Below, piece after piece: positions 13,330 through 27,023 of a stretch of 64,000 bases of DNA (the first letter of the stretch is position 1; each line of letters opens with the position of its first letter). The notes below the pieces were generated by a model that did not search any database, was not told the DNA's origin, and worked only from the letters and a program-made list of their open reading frames with translations. This stretch comes from Tubulanus polymorphus. Its lineage: Eukaryota > Animalia > Nemertea. The position numbers were made by a program, and so were the translations under genes. Location: positions 9,858,001-9,922,000 of the forward strand of contig NC_134031.1 in NCBI RefSeq assembly GCF_964204645.1, written 5' to 3'.

Positions 13330-16068
13330 TTTCTAACAAAAATTGGAAAAAATAATGGACCTTGTAACAGATGTTGAATATCCAAAAATTAATATCTCTT
13401 GGAAAGTAAGTTTTATAAAGTCAGAAGAAAAAATGGATTATAATATTCAAATACATTCCGAAGAAATAATTTCAAAAACACAAATAAAAGAGAAGTTAGA
13501 AAAAATATTTCATTAATTTAAACGTCATATTGAAGAAAGATGTTATGAAGGTTCTTGCTTATCATTGAATGAAATCATATTTTTAGATTTAAATACTTAT
13601 AACACAAAAAGAAATAAAACATCAAAAAGTAATAAAATGTTTACACATAATTCAAATCGTACAACAGAGAAGGATATTGAAGCATCATCTTATATTAAAC
13701 CACCATTTACATCAAAGGCAGTTAAAAATATTCAAAATGAAGATAATAAATGTTTTCTATTGTCGATTATAAGTTGCTTACACCCAACAGAAGATATTAC
13801 GCATAGTTTTAGAGTAAAAGATAATGGAAAGTATGAATCATTATATAAAGTTAATCAATACCCAGTAACTATAAAAATGATAACTAAAATAGAAAAAGTT
13901 GATAATTTAAAAATAAATGTATTTGAATTAATGCAACTACCAGAGACAAAAGGTGAAAATATTAAAGATTATACATTAGACGTTTTGTATCTAACAAAAC
14001 ATTGACGATGAAAATGACGATGAAAACGTTATAGATTTATTATACTATATAAAAAGATAAAAATGAACATTATATGTGGTTAAAACAAATAGCTATGTAG
14101 AAAATGTAAATTTATGACAGAGAATGATGCATTATTAAAAAATAAAGAATTATGTGATAATAATGATTTTTGTAAATTAATAATGCCAACAGAAAAAGAT
14201 TATAAATTCAAATTTTCTAACTATAAATTTAAATGTATAGTTCCATTTGTAATATATGGAGATTTTGAATCGTTGAATAAATAATTAACTGACCAAGATA
14301 GAAAAGAGATATATAATAAAAAGCATTTATTAAAATCAATGGATAAAGGAAATAAACGAAATGAAGACATAATACAAGACCCACCAATTATAAGTACAAT
14401 TTAAAAAGTTCATCAAAGAGCTGCTACGCATGGAATGTATATGAAATCAAACTATCCTGAATTATATGAAAGCCAATATATTTCTTTTAGAGGTGAAGAT
14501 GTAGTAAATGATATTTGTAATAAAATAATTGAGCTAGAAAGTGATTTTACACAATTATTATATAAAAATAAAAAAATAATTATGACCATAGAGGATGAAG
14601 TTGATTTTAATTATGCAACTCATCGTTGTTACTGTGTAAAACGTTTTTTTTTTTATTTGATAAAAAATTCCAAGTTCGTGATCATTTAAATTCAAAATAT
14701 CGTGGAGCATTGGTAACTTACAAGTAAATAGATGTGAATTTCGTGCCAATATTATTTCCGAATTTATCAGGCTATGATACCCACTTATTTATAAAACAAC
14801 CATTAGGAAAATTAGGTGTTATCAATCGAGAAGTAGAAGAATATAATGCTATAAATGATGCAAATGTAAGAAAATATGATTTTAAACTATTAGCTAAGAC
14901 ATCGGAAAATTATATTTCATTTCAATGTGGTTGCTTTAGATTTTTAGATTCTTATAGATTTCTAGCAAGCTCATTAGATAATTTAGCAAATTGTTAAGTT
15001 GACAATGATTTTATAATAACGCGTTATTATTATCCAGATGAACAATAGTTTTAATTATCAAGATATAAAAGACAATACCTTATTCATTTCATAAAACGCA
15101 CGATGATTGCAAAGAAACAAAATTATTGAAAGAAAAATTTTATGATTAATTAAAAGATGAGTACGTGAAAGATGAAGTTTATAATAGAACATTAAATGTT
15201 TGATATACAGTATCATAATTTGCCGATATATTTGAAAAGTTTAGAGAAGTCAATTTAAATCATTTAAATGTTGACCCTTGTTATTGTTATTCAAGTCCTG
15301 ATTTAACCTGGCAATGTGGTTTAAAATATACAAAAGTAGAATTAGATTTATTAAAAGAACCAGACGTGGTATTATTGTTTGAAAATCTATTAGAGGTGGA
15401 ATTAGTAGGGTGATGGTAGATGGTATTTTAAAGCAAATGATTAATACAAATTATTATATATTGACGCAAATAATTTATATGGCTGGGCAATGATGCAACC
15501 TCAACCATAGAAAAATTTTATATCAACAGAAGTTGAAAATGATGATAAGACTAATTGGAAAAGCGCAATTATAAGGTTAGAAGATGATCCTCCAATTGGT
15601 TATTTCTTTGTAGTTGATTTAGAATATCCTAATGATATAAAATTTAAATCTTAAAACTTACCATATTGCCCAGAACATTTAGCCGTAGATGATAGTTATT
15701 GAAGTGAATATCAGAAAAAAATAAAACCGAAAGATCATGTATTTACAGAAAAATTAATATTAACACAAAATAATAAATATAATTATATTGTTCATTATAG
15801 AATGTCTAAAATTTTATTCAAAACAAGGAATGACATTTAATAAAGTACATAAATATATTGAATTTAATCAATCGAAATGGTTAGATAAATAAATAGATTT
15901 CGATACTCAGAGAATTATATCAAAAGCAGATTTTGAAAAAGACTCTTTTAAGTTAATGAATGATAGTTTTTATGGAAAAACTTGTGAGAATATTCGAAAT
16001 AGAAATGATATTGAACTAGTAAATAATTCTGAACGATTGAGACACCTTCAATCAAGTCCTAGACATTT
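13330..16068 (+). pseudogene. pPolB copy B, truncated before motif C
   Basis: SSYIKPPF...NIQNEDNKCFL, exonuclease motifs YGDFES and NLSGYD, FRFLDSYRFL, SIRGGIS, motif A YIDANNLYGWAM, motif B KLMNDSFYGK. Confidence 0.9.
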
Positions 16069-16069
16069 A

Positions 16070-18700
16070 TTAATGACTGTTATTAATAGAAAAGCCTGGC
16101 ACAAGTTAGGTAGTGATTCCGGATTTAACATTAGATTTTTTAAAAGTGATTGTTCTAATGAAATAAAGATAAGGTTAACAAATGATGAAAAACGTCAATT
16201 TTTAGTTAAATAACCTATAGCCAAACTGTAACTAAACTATATACTATAACTAAACTACAGGCAACTGCAATCTTAACTGTTATAGGGGCAGCAATTGTTA
16301 ACGATTTAGCTTTTGCAGGTGGGGGTTTTTATTTAAACATATTGATAAAAATGGTTCATTAACCGAGCAATAAGACATAATTTAGCATTAGAAAAATATA
16401 ACAAAGCTAATGAAGAATAGAGAGAAAAAGTCAAAATTATATAGATTTTATTAACAAAGAATTGTATAATCAGAAAATATCGCATAGGGATTTTCAATCA
16501 GTTGATGAAGCTATGAGTTTATATAACCCAGGAACAAATCGTGAAAAAATACATTTGTACAAACCTTAATTATCAGATTATTATACACCAAGTAATGAAC
16601 AACAAAAATATGAAATAATTTGGACGATAAAATAGATGGTGTTAATATCATTCCTCATGATATCAATACAACTAAATCAAAATCATATTTAGAAAAGCAA
16701 ATATTAGAATTTGAAAGTGATTTAAAAGTTTAAAAGAAAAATATTTAAAAAGTAAAATTATTTATTATTCTATTATTGATGGTTCAGTTACAATTAGTTC
16801 TGTAATAACATTTCTAGCAATATTCTCACCGTTAACACCTTTAGCTATCTCAATTGTGGAGTGCTTGGTTAATCATCAAGTGTTTTAACCGGTATAAGTT
16901 CAAAATTAGATATAAAAAGTAGTGAAAAAATTAAATCTAATAAAAAAGAAATTAATAAATTTAAAAATACATTAGATTATATAATTAGTTTAAATGGTAA
17001 TATTACAATTGATGAACAAGATGAAATATTAAAATGAATAATTAATTATCAGTAAAAATTTATAATTATGATTATAAATAATCAATTTTTCTATTTTATA
17101 AATGGTGGATAGTTTTCCAAAAGCTTTTCAATATAATTAATTAATTAAGTATAATTTTCCAGCGGTAGATTTTAATAGAAATATTTCATATAGAAATTTA
17201 GTTTTGCGTTCATTAATCAATTTAGATATTTATATTACTGAAAGAAATTTTTTTATGTCAAGAATGGAAAATATATTTAATACGTATAAAGTTACTTTTA
17301 CCCGGGATGAATATAATATACATATGAAATAAAACCAATTATGTAATATTGGCAGAATTAATTAAATTGTGCTGTTTATTGTGCAACGACAGGCTGTGGT
17401 ATAAGTTGGAATGATCAATTAAATAATTTATAAAACAATTTGCGTTATTCTGAATTATAATTCATTCATACCTTATTTAGATTTCACACGTATTTTCAAA
17501 TTAGAATTATATTAAATGAATTAGAATGCCCTTTACCGGGATCAAAATATTTTGAAGAATTGGATAACAATATCAATTTATCTAAGTTTTACAAAATATG
17601 TAATGAATTTAATATATAGATATAAATAATTCTGATTGTAGAGCGCATGGTAAAATACGAGGTGTTGGCGAACAGTTTGAAGTAAAGAGAATTTATTAAA
17701 GATGTCATAGAGTTGTAGCCTATCATAATTATAATATCGATAACATTAAATGTTGGATTAATTTTATTTTATATAATGGTAAAGGTTTTACAAAGCCTGG
17801 TATACAAAGAATAAATCAATCTATTATAATATATCAAATTTGCATTTTAGGATTTCAAGTTGAAACAAGATCACCAATCGTTGGAAAAAATGATATTTCA
17901 TTTGATGCGCCGAAACAATTTAAAGTCTCATTATCTCATAATGATAAAAATCGATCTATTCCAGAAAACATTTAAAAAAGTCAAAATTATTAAGAAAAAT
18001 CTCATATAAGATTAGATTATTGTATAGGGCCTAATTTGTTGATAATATCTAATGATTAAGTATTAAAAATTGGGAATATAATTGGGTATAATAATTTAAT
18101 TAGGACTGCTGGAATAAATAATTCATTTGGAATAAACGACATAAATGAAAAAGTTATCACTGCACAAAAACTAATGGCAGGTGAAAAAAAATAATAAAAG
18201 ATATACAAACAACAGAAACTAAAACTAAGAATATAAAATTAAATAATGATTCTAAAATAAAACATAACTATACATCAGAAAATATTAAAACTGATAATAC
18301 TCAACATGATATAATTGAAAGTAATAATAAGATATCACATTAAAATACCAAATTAGCTATAAATTGTATAGGCATTATAACAGGTGGAATATCATATTCT
18401 AAATTCTAAATTTGTATATGATATAAATAGAATTCGAGGGTATAGAAGGTGTAGATAATTATGAAATGGATACTTACGACGAACCTGGTATAACTGATGA
18501 ACAACCACCTGATTTTACTGACACAAGTTTAGTAACGATCACGAAACAGCATATAATTCTAATTTAGAAGGTCCTTATTCTAATAATCTAGAGGGATTTG
18601 ATAGAATAAAATAAATCAAGAATCGATCCTGCAATGATAATCTAGATTTAGTAAAACAAGACTTAGAATAAAATGAATTAATTCATCATTTTAACCCATA
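16070..18700 (+). pseudogene. Polinton/adintovirus accessory/structural ORF cluster, degraded
   Basis: GAAIVNDLAFAGGGFLFKHIDK...RHNLALEKY ORF, a TM ORF, a long ORF with LNCAVYCATTGCGIS...FRFHTYFQIR...PLPG, and the start of the GasderminX-like ORF. Same order as 60990-62000. Confidence 0.65.
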
Positions 18701-18754
18701 TTTGAAACAATATATATATTTTTATGTTATTATTCATTATTGTTATATATATTG

Positions 18755-18880
18755 TTTCATGTCAGAGGTTGAATGTGCATAAAAAATAAAAATAAATTCG
18801 AACTTGCGGGGATTTATTTTCATTTTTTTATGAGCTCGACCTTTCGACCTCTGGTATGAAACAACTTATTCCCTATTAAT
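18755..18880 (-). repeat. Degenerate Polinton hairpin terminus
   Basis: TTTTATGAGCTCGACCTTTCGACCTCTGGTATGAAAC...TTATTCCCTATTAAT plus inner AAATAAATTC...GATTTATTT; homologous to the termini at 29020-29172 and 53816-53971. Confidence 0.7.
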
Positions 18881-19621
18881 TTTGTTCACTTAAACGAAAT
18901 TGATTTGAATTTGTTTATGAGTTTTATTTGCTCAATGAAGTAAAACTGAATTGGATTTTTCGCTGAGTGAAATTTGATTGAATATGCAGTTTGAGTAAAT
19001 GGCTTATTAGCATATCAAGGTCATCCATCGATTTGATAAAAAGCTATTTATTTTTAATAACCGGACTTTGCATAACTGTCAATTTTCTGTAGTGTATTTG
19101 AAAATAGTCATCTCAAAACCAATTATCACGGAGATGTTACAGAAATCGATCTTGAAATACAAATTTGGATCTGTAAATAAAATCCGGAAGTAAAACGGTA
19201 GACGATACCGCGGGTTCACGTGAACACCTGCTGATTTCAACGGCTCAGCCTATCATAAAGGAGTCTTTGCATTCTGATTGGCATTTTAAAACTTTTAAAA
19301 CTTTTTAAAAATTTTTTACAGGACCCTTTTTAAAAATTCAGCTCCCTGGTGTTTTGGAGAACGGATATTAATGAATGATTTGTATAAATATATGCACAGT
19401 TGCACAGTAGTCAAAGGTTCTCAGCTCTGGAAACCATGTCATTTAAATTCGCTCCATTTGCATAGTAATAGGCTCAGCCTACGGCTGGCCTGAGAATGTA
19501 GCTTTTTGGATTTTACATTATTTTTTTCAGACGAACTTAGTATGGGCAATAAAACCACAAAGGAAAAATACCCGCTTTCGTAGCTGCTTTTCAGCTACAT
19601 ATAGTTTCCATTTCTTTGCAG

Positions 19622-19762
19622 GTGCTGAAACTGGGCTTGTGCCGATGTACCTTACTGAGATTTCACCGATAAATATACGTGGGGCGATGGGTGTTTTGCA
19701 TCAGCTTGCTCTTACTAGTGGTATATTTGTTGCCCAGATATTCGGTCTCAATGCAATTTTAG
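19622..19762 (+). CDS. SLC2A: Facilitated hexose transporter exon (TM4-TM5)
   Basis: ttgcag|...[44 protein letters not shown]|gt; matches the GLUT VPMY.E.SP..RG motif. Confidence 0.93.
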
Positions 19763-19939
19763 GTACATACTCTTGTGACAGTGTGATAGTTGGCCTATAT
19801 GAGTATATCATGACATTTTTTACACATATCCGTGGTGTATCCAATGTATAGTTGTACCAGCGTACAGTATTTCTAAGGGTGGCGACAAAATGTGCGGCAG
19901 TAGATTTGCGCCCAAGTGGGTTTCTACGAAAGCGTCCTG

Positions 19940-20067
19940 GGCCCAGTTTCACAAACAAGTTAAACTCAAATTGTTGGTGTAATTGCCATTGGTTACTTCA
20001 TGTTTTCAATGAGGACAACAATAAAACATAACCGTTTTAGGCTTAAACTTTTTCGTGAAACCGGGCC
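19940..20067. mobile_element. Tourist/Harbinger MITE (128 bp)
   Basis: TIRs GGCCCAGTTTCAC...GTGAAACCGGGCC; 3-bp TSD CTG. Confidence 0.85.
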
Positions 20068-22794
20068 CTGGTGAATACACTCGGAATACACTAGTTTTTT
20101 TCAGTAAAAAAAAATAATTTTGGTCGTTTATCCAGATCAATCCGGTCTATTCGGTAAGGGAGCATCTGTAAATGTCAATAGTTGCGTCAATTAGATTAAC
20201 TTTCTAATTCGTTTCAACCCGACGCCCCCCCCCCTCCCCCTCGATCAGACACATGCCAAAGTTGGAACTATTGATTTTCTAATGAGAGGCCACAGACAAA
20301 GATAAGACATTCTCACGAGTGTATTTTGATCATAACTTTAAATTGAAAAATAGATTAGCAAACTTACAAGTGGAATACCTATTATACTCTAATAGACTTT
20401 ATATAAACAAAATCAAATATATCTAAAATACCAACAGCATCCTAAAGAGAGACGGTTAAATCTACTGCTTGTAATATATATATTTGAAACTGCAATTCAA
20501 TTCAATGTTATCTTTATTGCACCGCAATAAATCGATAATTCGGCAGTCGTGACGAATCCGCGGGAGGCCTTCACCTCCACGCTCTTCCGCGAGTTATTCT
20601 AATTGAAGCAACTACCGAAATTTTTGAGATGCTCCCTAAATAAATTCGGCAAATAAATATCTCCTTGTTCCTATCAATTTTTAATGTAATACACACATGC
20701 ACGTTATCAGTATCGATTATGTACTGGTGCACTTGTTTGCACTAAAATTAATATAATTAATTGATAAAAATTGATATTATTGACATAAAGGCATGAAATA
20801 AACTATTATTATGCAGGCACTGCCGCAGGTAGTGATTCGAGCCTGATTTGTAGATAAATTTCCTAAACGCGTCATTATCTCAAATTAAGTACACAGATTC
20901 CATTTATCATGCTAAGTGAAACAAAAATGTTTTGATGCATGTTGGCATTAACTGTCTTAAATAAAATAAAACAGTACACTTATATACATGATATCCCTAA
21001 ATTTTGAAATAATTTGCTCTTACGGAGGGTATTTACATTGTTAATTATTTACAAATCTTGGTTGACGATTTAATAATAGTGTTAGAGAAGCGCTAATCGA
21101 TTTTAAAACCATATCGGATGAAAAATCACGATCGTGATGAGAATCTACACCTTACCAGCGCAGCTGAATGAACGTAAGTGGTGTTAGTATTTACGCACTA
21201 TCCATGGACGACTGTATTGCGTCATTTGACACAAGGGTTTGCAAAAGGTCTTTGGCGTGAAGGGTTAGGGTTACTTACAACTATCTTACTGATTAAACCC
21301 AACCAAGCATAACTTGTTATGAAATTTTAGAGCCCAGTATTTTCGAGACGTTTTATATAAAGACGCAATTTTTTAACCATCTTTTCGTGGCTTGTGGGAT
21401 TTTGCGGCATAAGTAATTTTTTTCATGACCTTTTTTGCAATCGGGTTTAATGGTTTTGTAAAGCTCCTCTATAGGACCACTCTATATCAACCATCGATGA
21501 TAATTGGAAATAGTAAAAAAATCAAATTAGTAATCGCGGAAGCATAGACTCATAGCCGGCTTGTGAAATCCGTCTAAGTCGGTCATTCTCTACTATCTTA
21601 TTCCCAAATTAACCACCGGCATATGGATATATCCGAGTTAAACGTATGCGACTTATCCGTCCTCTACCATAGCTGTTAAGGGAAAACAGATTTTTGGCCT
21701 TTTCTTAAATGACATCATATTTTGCCGCAATTGAAGTATCATTCTACAATGTAACATCCTCAGAGTTAACTTGAACCTGTTTAAGACATCATCCTCCAAT
21801 CAACGACCCCTACTTTAATTCTTTCCGCTTTGATTTGTTAGGGCTCCATAAGCGTGTGAACTTAAATTCAATCCCCGATTTCTTCGGAACTAGCTTCTTG
21901 CTTTGAAATTTATTTTTTCTCAAAATTAGTTTCTTCCGAGAAAACTAGTTTCTTCCGAGATACAAACTCAGAATAAACTTTTAAAAACTTTTGACTGGGA
22001 AAACTTGTTTATTCCAAGTAACAATCTGTTTTTAAAATCAAATACGTCTTCAGTATGTATCTACGGAAGCGCTCTTGTAAGGTTTGTGTAGATGTGACGT
22101 CACAAGATTTTAATGTAGTCTCTAGTAACTGTGTAAACCTTGCGGAAGTCGGATCTAATGGGACCAAGAAAAAACCAAGTCCAACTTAGAATATGTCGCT
22201 TTTCACGCCTTTTTCTGAAAACTACTACTTGAGAATTAATTTCCGTTAGCGGAAAAATTGAATCAACATCTACAAGAAATAATATAATAGAAATAAACTA
22301 TTTCGGGTTAATTTTTCTATACAAATACACTGACCAGAACTAAAATAACGACTGCTGACACGTATCGTCGATTCCAAGCTAGAACCGGCAACAGGGTAGA
22401 AATCGAACTGCAATATGGGATGATTTCGGTGAGTGATTTTAACTGTTTCTTCGGGACAAAGAAATGAACTTCTTTAAGAATGAAATGAACTAGTTTCAAA
22501 CCATTACTATGCATCCTACAATAAAAGCATCGTGTGGCCTTCATTTATTTACAAAAACACTTGAATATATACGTACGTGTATCTAGTAAATGTAATCTAT
22601 TTTTGTTATTAGGGGTTTCTGACACGAAATGTTGAATTCCGATAGAAATGTAACGATATCTGAATAATGCATTTTCTTTGTATGTACTGCACAATCTATT
22701 TTAAATTTAAGATTTTTTATTGTCAGACGACACCGTTGGAAATCTACTGTAGGAGATCAGCAATCGGTATGCCCCTTCAGGTATTCCGGATTAG

Positions 22795-23560
22795 AAAATG
22801 ACGGTTTCAGATAAGAGGTCGAGAGGTCGACTCGCCACCACTCACCACCACTTTTAATTTGTGTTCCTTATAGATTGGAGACAGAAAAGTATTTTTAGCA
22901 CCAATAAATAACAAAATAAAACCAGCAAAAAAGTTTGAAATTAAAAAATTAACTGATGTTACAAAAAGAAATTGAGCCAAAAATATCAAAACTAGAAAAA
23001 ATAAGAAATAAATATGGTGAAAAAATATCAGAGATTTTGAGTTTTTGTAGCGTAAATACAACGCGTGAATTTAATGTATTTTTACTTGATAAATGGGTTA
23101 CATTAAATAAAGTTGAATTAAAATTTTTAGAAGAATTTAAGATTATTATTAATTTATCATGGAAAAAATGAAGATGGTCATCATGATTTAGAAATTGTTG
23201 AATAAAAAATAAAGAAATTTTTTTTCATTTCTTTATTTTTTATTCAACAATTTCTAAATCATGATGACCATCTTCATTTTTTCAATGATAAATTAATAAT
23301 AATCTTAAATCATAATTTAGAATTACCTTTCACTACATTTTCTGATATCGCGACTCATTATAAGTTATATTTTTACCAATAAAACTTTTACATTATCCAG
23401 ATGCAACTAATATTTCTAATTGATGTTTGCAATAAAGATAATATTCAAAATTATTATTCGTAGTAATGTCATTTAAAGTAATATTATCTGGAGTTAATTT
23501 TATTTCTGTTATTCCTAAATAATCCAAAGTTTTTTCAATTGGAACATCACTATTTTTAGC
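22795..23560. pseudogene. Polinton-derived fragment with internal fold-back
   Basis: Starts with TGACGGTTTCAGATAAGAGGTCGAGAGGTCGACTCG, also upstream of the pPolB starts at ~8850 and ~43500. AT-rich ORF remnants switch strand at the 23135-23310 palindrome. Confidence 0.5.
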
Positions 23561-24368
23561 GATTTCTATTTCTTCACAGAAAACCCTATTGAGATTCGCG
23601 TGATTATTATTATTTTTCCCCTTTTCCACTCAGTTTTTGTTTAAAGTGCAAAGGCTTCCTTACCTTACCGCTGTTGCCGATACAATCCGTATGATATCCT
23701 TCTGCTCACTTCAAACTACAGATACTGCATGGGGATTTTGATTAATCCACGTTATAAAGGCACTGTCGAGCCGTAAACATCGGAAATTTGGCCCCGTTCA
23801 ATTAGTAGCCATGTTCTGTTTTCTTCCGACATTTCTCTCTTCTTTTTGAGAAAGAGCTATCGAATTATTCCCTCTCTTCTCCACAATCAATTTCAGTGTC
23901 AAAGTTCAGTGTCCGAGTCGAAGTGTTTACGAGCTCGGCGTTCGCGAGTCCGACAGGTTTACGGGCATTTGTTTGTTACCTCTTTTATATTATTGATTTC
24001 TTGTTATTCCGGTTATTTCATTTAAATATATTGCTGATCAGTTCATGTAATCAAAAGCGTCAATAAATAAATTTTGAATTGATCAAGTTTAAATCAAGGT
24101 CGTTGAGTCGCGGTCGGCTACTAGAGTGGGTAAACGTTCGTCTCAGAGAAAAACAAACGAAAGAAAAGTATCAGGTGGTTATCGATAGCCTACTACGGTA
24201 CACACAGTTGACAAACAGTGTTAGGCCTGTGCCGGTTGGTGCATACTGGGACTAAAATATACTGGTTGGTCAGTTGGTTCGGTTGTGAAGTGTGGAAGCT
24301 AAGAAAGCCTACCACCGGTATTTATTTGTCTATAGGCCTATTATATAGTAGCCAATACCATTTCAAGT

Positions 24369-24686
24369 ACGAAGTTGTTACCCGTACGTGACTGTACGGT
24401 GATATCCACAGGTTAACCGTACGTGAGTTCCTATAATCTGCAAACGCGCATGCGCGAAAAATAGAGTTTTGGTTAGGTGAGGCTAGGCTATTTGTAAATC
24501 AAAGTTCATCCACCCTGCATTTACGTACGTTCTGTGGCACAGTGGGTAAATCACTGGACTACAACTGGATTTTTTTTTCGTTTAATGGTTTCGAATCCCA
24601 ATATTGCAAGTCTCAGCGTCAACGTACTCACATACGGCTAACCTGTAGAAATCACCGTACAGTCACGTACAGGTAACAGCAGCGTT
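24369..24686. mobile_element. MITE with ~55-bp TIRs and an internal tRNA-like A/B-box remnant
   Basis: TGTTACCCGTACGTGACTGTACGGTGAT...ATCACCGTACAGTCACGTACAGGTAACA; internal TGGCACAGTGG and GGTTTCGAATCCC at 24536-24599. Confidence 0.7.
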
Positions 24687-24880
24687 TTAAGTATTAAGTG
24701 AGTACGATAAGCCTACCATGCCTATGTACTACAAACACAACTTTATCCCTCTCGTCGGCCCTACAGTGATGTTACTATAACTGGTTCCATTATAACATGG
24801 ATAGGATTCATCATCATCGTCAGTAATAGGGATAATAGGGGTTCAAGCCAAAGGTCGAACGGTCGAGCTCATAAAAAATA

Positions 24881-26017
24881 AACAAGAAAATTAACTTTAA
24901 TAAATTATTTGACGCCTGCGAAAAAATGTAGAATTTCTGGTTTAAGCTAATGTGGAATTGCAAATTTGAAATCGAAGTTTTAAGAAATTTCGGGAATTAT
25001 GAGATTTGGCGATTGGGTAGATGATACAGTCTTCGACTGGTCTAATCAAAAAAAAAAAATTGTCAACTTGTGACTTCGATTCACTTTTGCCTCTAAGCTG
25101 GTCTGCAACTTCATTGCCTCCATGGTTGAAGAAAGAGCTCTTCTGATGTCTGCTTCATCATGACTTTGAGCATATCGTGTAGCCAGCCAGCCCGGTCCTG
25201 GGGCCCGGTCTGGCTGTTACTCGATATCCTAGACTTGAGTCTGGGTTGAAGTAGACATTGTCATTTAAAAAACTTATTCATGTTATTCTGTATGAATTAC
25301 CCGTGTGTCTTGTATTTTCTTATTTTAAAATTTGTAAATTTATTGATTTTTGGAATTTTATCCCGGAATTTCAATGTAATAAGGATCAATAAAGTATTGA
25401 ATTGAATTGTCACCGTATACACATGCCATCAGTGGACGCGGAGCCATATATGACAGCTATGCTATTATAAATTGCTAATCTCATGAAACCTGCATACGTG
25501 TAATATCGAACATATTTTCTAAAACATTTGAATATTGAAATTATATGTTTACACGTTTTTATATAGACCGCTTGTAGCCGCCGATGAAATTCAAGCCGGC
25601 CCAACTCAGATCGTAGATAGCTTCGTCATTCCACTAGCATCCCCATGTCAGGGTCTGACTTTTATATCAGCCTTCCAAATCGTGTATACATCCGCCATTT
25701 AACCGAATAATCCGATTTACTTATCATTTCTATTTATCCCTGCCGCTCCTGATATAATCATACATCCTTTACTATTACAATACGTCTTTTCATGATATTC
25801 AATGCGATATAACATTTCGACGTTCAAACAGAGCTCATTATATAATCACATGGAGCCATTCTACATCTTTATCAATAATATTTTGCCAAATAGCTTGTAT
25901 GTGTACGCATAAACCTGTGACGTTTTGCACATCGATTTACGGTTGTCGTTTGTAAAATGACTGAATGGTTATCATTGTTTAGGTTTCATAATGGTAACGT
26001 TTTATAAGGCGTCAAAA
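24881..26017 (-). mobile_element. Helentron/HINE-like insert in the left terminal hairpin of the mini-Polinton
   Basis: Absent from the right TIR. Subterminal IR TTTGACGCCT/AGGCGTCAAA; minus-strand end ...TTCTTGTT in a T run. Internal 25050-25490 recurs inverted at ~37530-37930. Confidence 0.65.
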
Positions 26018-26186
26018 AATAAATTCTCACACGCTCGAATTTATTTTTCATTTTTTACTCACTCGCCCCTCCGACCTTTAACCTGAACCCCTATTATCCC
26101 TATTACTCTTAAAATATTCATATATATGAATAACATATAAATGAATAACTTCTAAAATCAATTTTGATAAAAAATTTAGTATTAAA

Positions 26187-27023
26187 ATGGAAGCAAATAA
26201 GAAGTACTACTGTCCAACATGTAAAATCAATATAGATAAATCTCAAAAAGCAAGACACAATAAAACTAGAACACATTTAGAAAATAAATTTAAGTTAGAA
26301 TATAAAGATGATATATTTGAAACTAAATTAGATGAATTAAAGAATGAAAAAGAAACATACAAATGTGATACATGTAATCAATCATTCAGTGATAAAAGAT
26401 ATTATAAAGAACATTTAAAATCTAAAAGTCATATTAGAAATATGAATAATGATAACTTATTTTCATTATTTAACATTAGAAATTATATCTCAGCAACAAA
26501 TTTAGTGTATGGAAGAAACTATAAAATTGATAATATTTCTATAATCAATCAAATATTATCAAATGGAGCATATTTAATTATTGAACTGATAGATAATGGA
26601 ATCAAAAATCCTAACATATTTAATACTGTTTTAAATCATAAAGGAACTTTAGATGAACAAATTATAAATATTCTTGAAACTCCTTTCAATGAAAGAAATG
26701 ATGATTTAATACTTTCTAGAGGTTACAATAATTTGATTAACTTAAGAATTGAAAAAAGACAATTATATTATTTAAATTTTGATGATAAACCAATTATCTA
26801 TAATGAAAATTCATCAAATATTGGTATTCAATGTGAATTAGATAATGAAACATCATTCAAAGATGTTGCAGTTCAATGTAATTTAGATGATGAATTAAGA
26901 AAATTCAATCCTAATGAAAAAGTGTATTGTTATTGTGGCGGCAAATATTTAAGATCACATAAATCAAAACATTTTCAAACAGTTAAACATATCAATTATG
27001 AAAAAATAATAAATATATATTGA
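26187..27023 (+). CDS. Zinc-finger protein (278 aa) of the mini-Polinton, open frame
   Basis: YYCPTC...HNKTRTH, YKCDTC...HLKSKSH, C-terminal CYCGGKY...HFQTVKH. The mirror copy (28939 to ~28300, - strand) has two nonsense changes. Confidence 0.7.
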   Translation: MEANKKYYCPTCKINIDKSQKARHNKTRTHLENKFKLEYKDDIFETKLDELKNEKETYKCDTCNQSFSDKRYYKEHLKSKSHIRNMNNDNLFSLFNIRNYISATNLVYGRNYKIDNISIINQILSNGAYLIIELIDNGIKNPNIFNTVLNHKGTLDEQIINILETPFNERNDDLILSRGYNNLINLRIEKRQLYYLNFDDKPIIYNENSSNIGIQCELDNETSFKDVAVQCNLDDELRKFNPNEKVYCYCGGKYLRSHKSKHFQTVKHINYEKIINIY

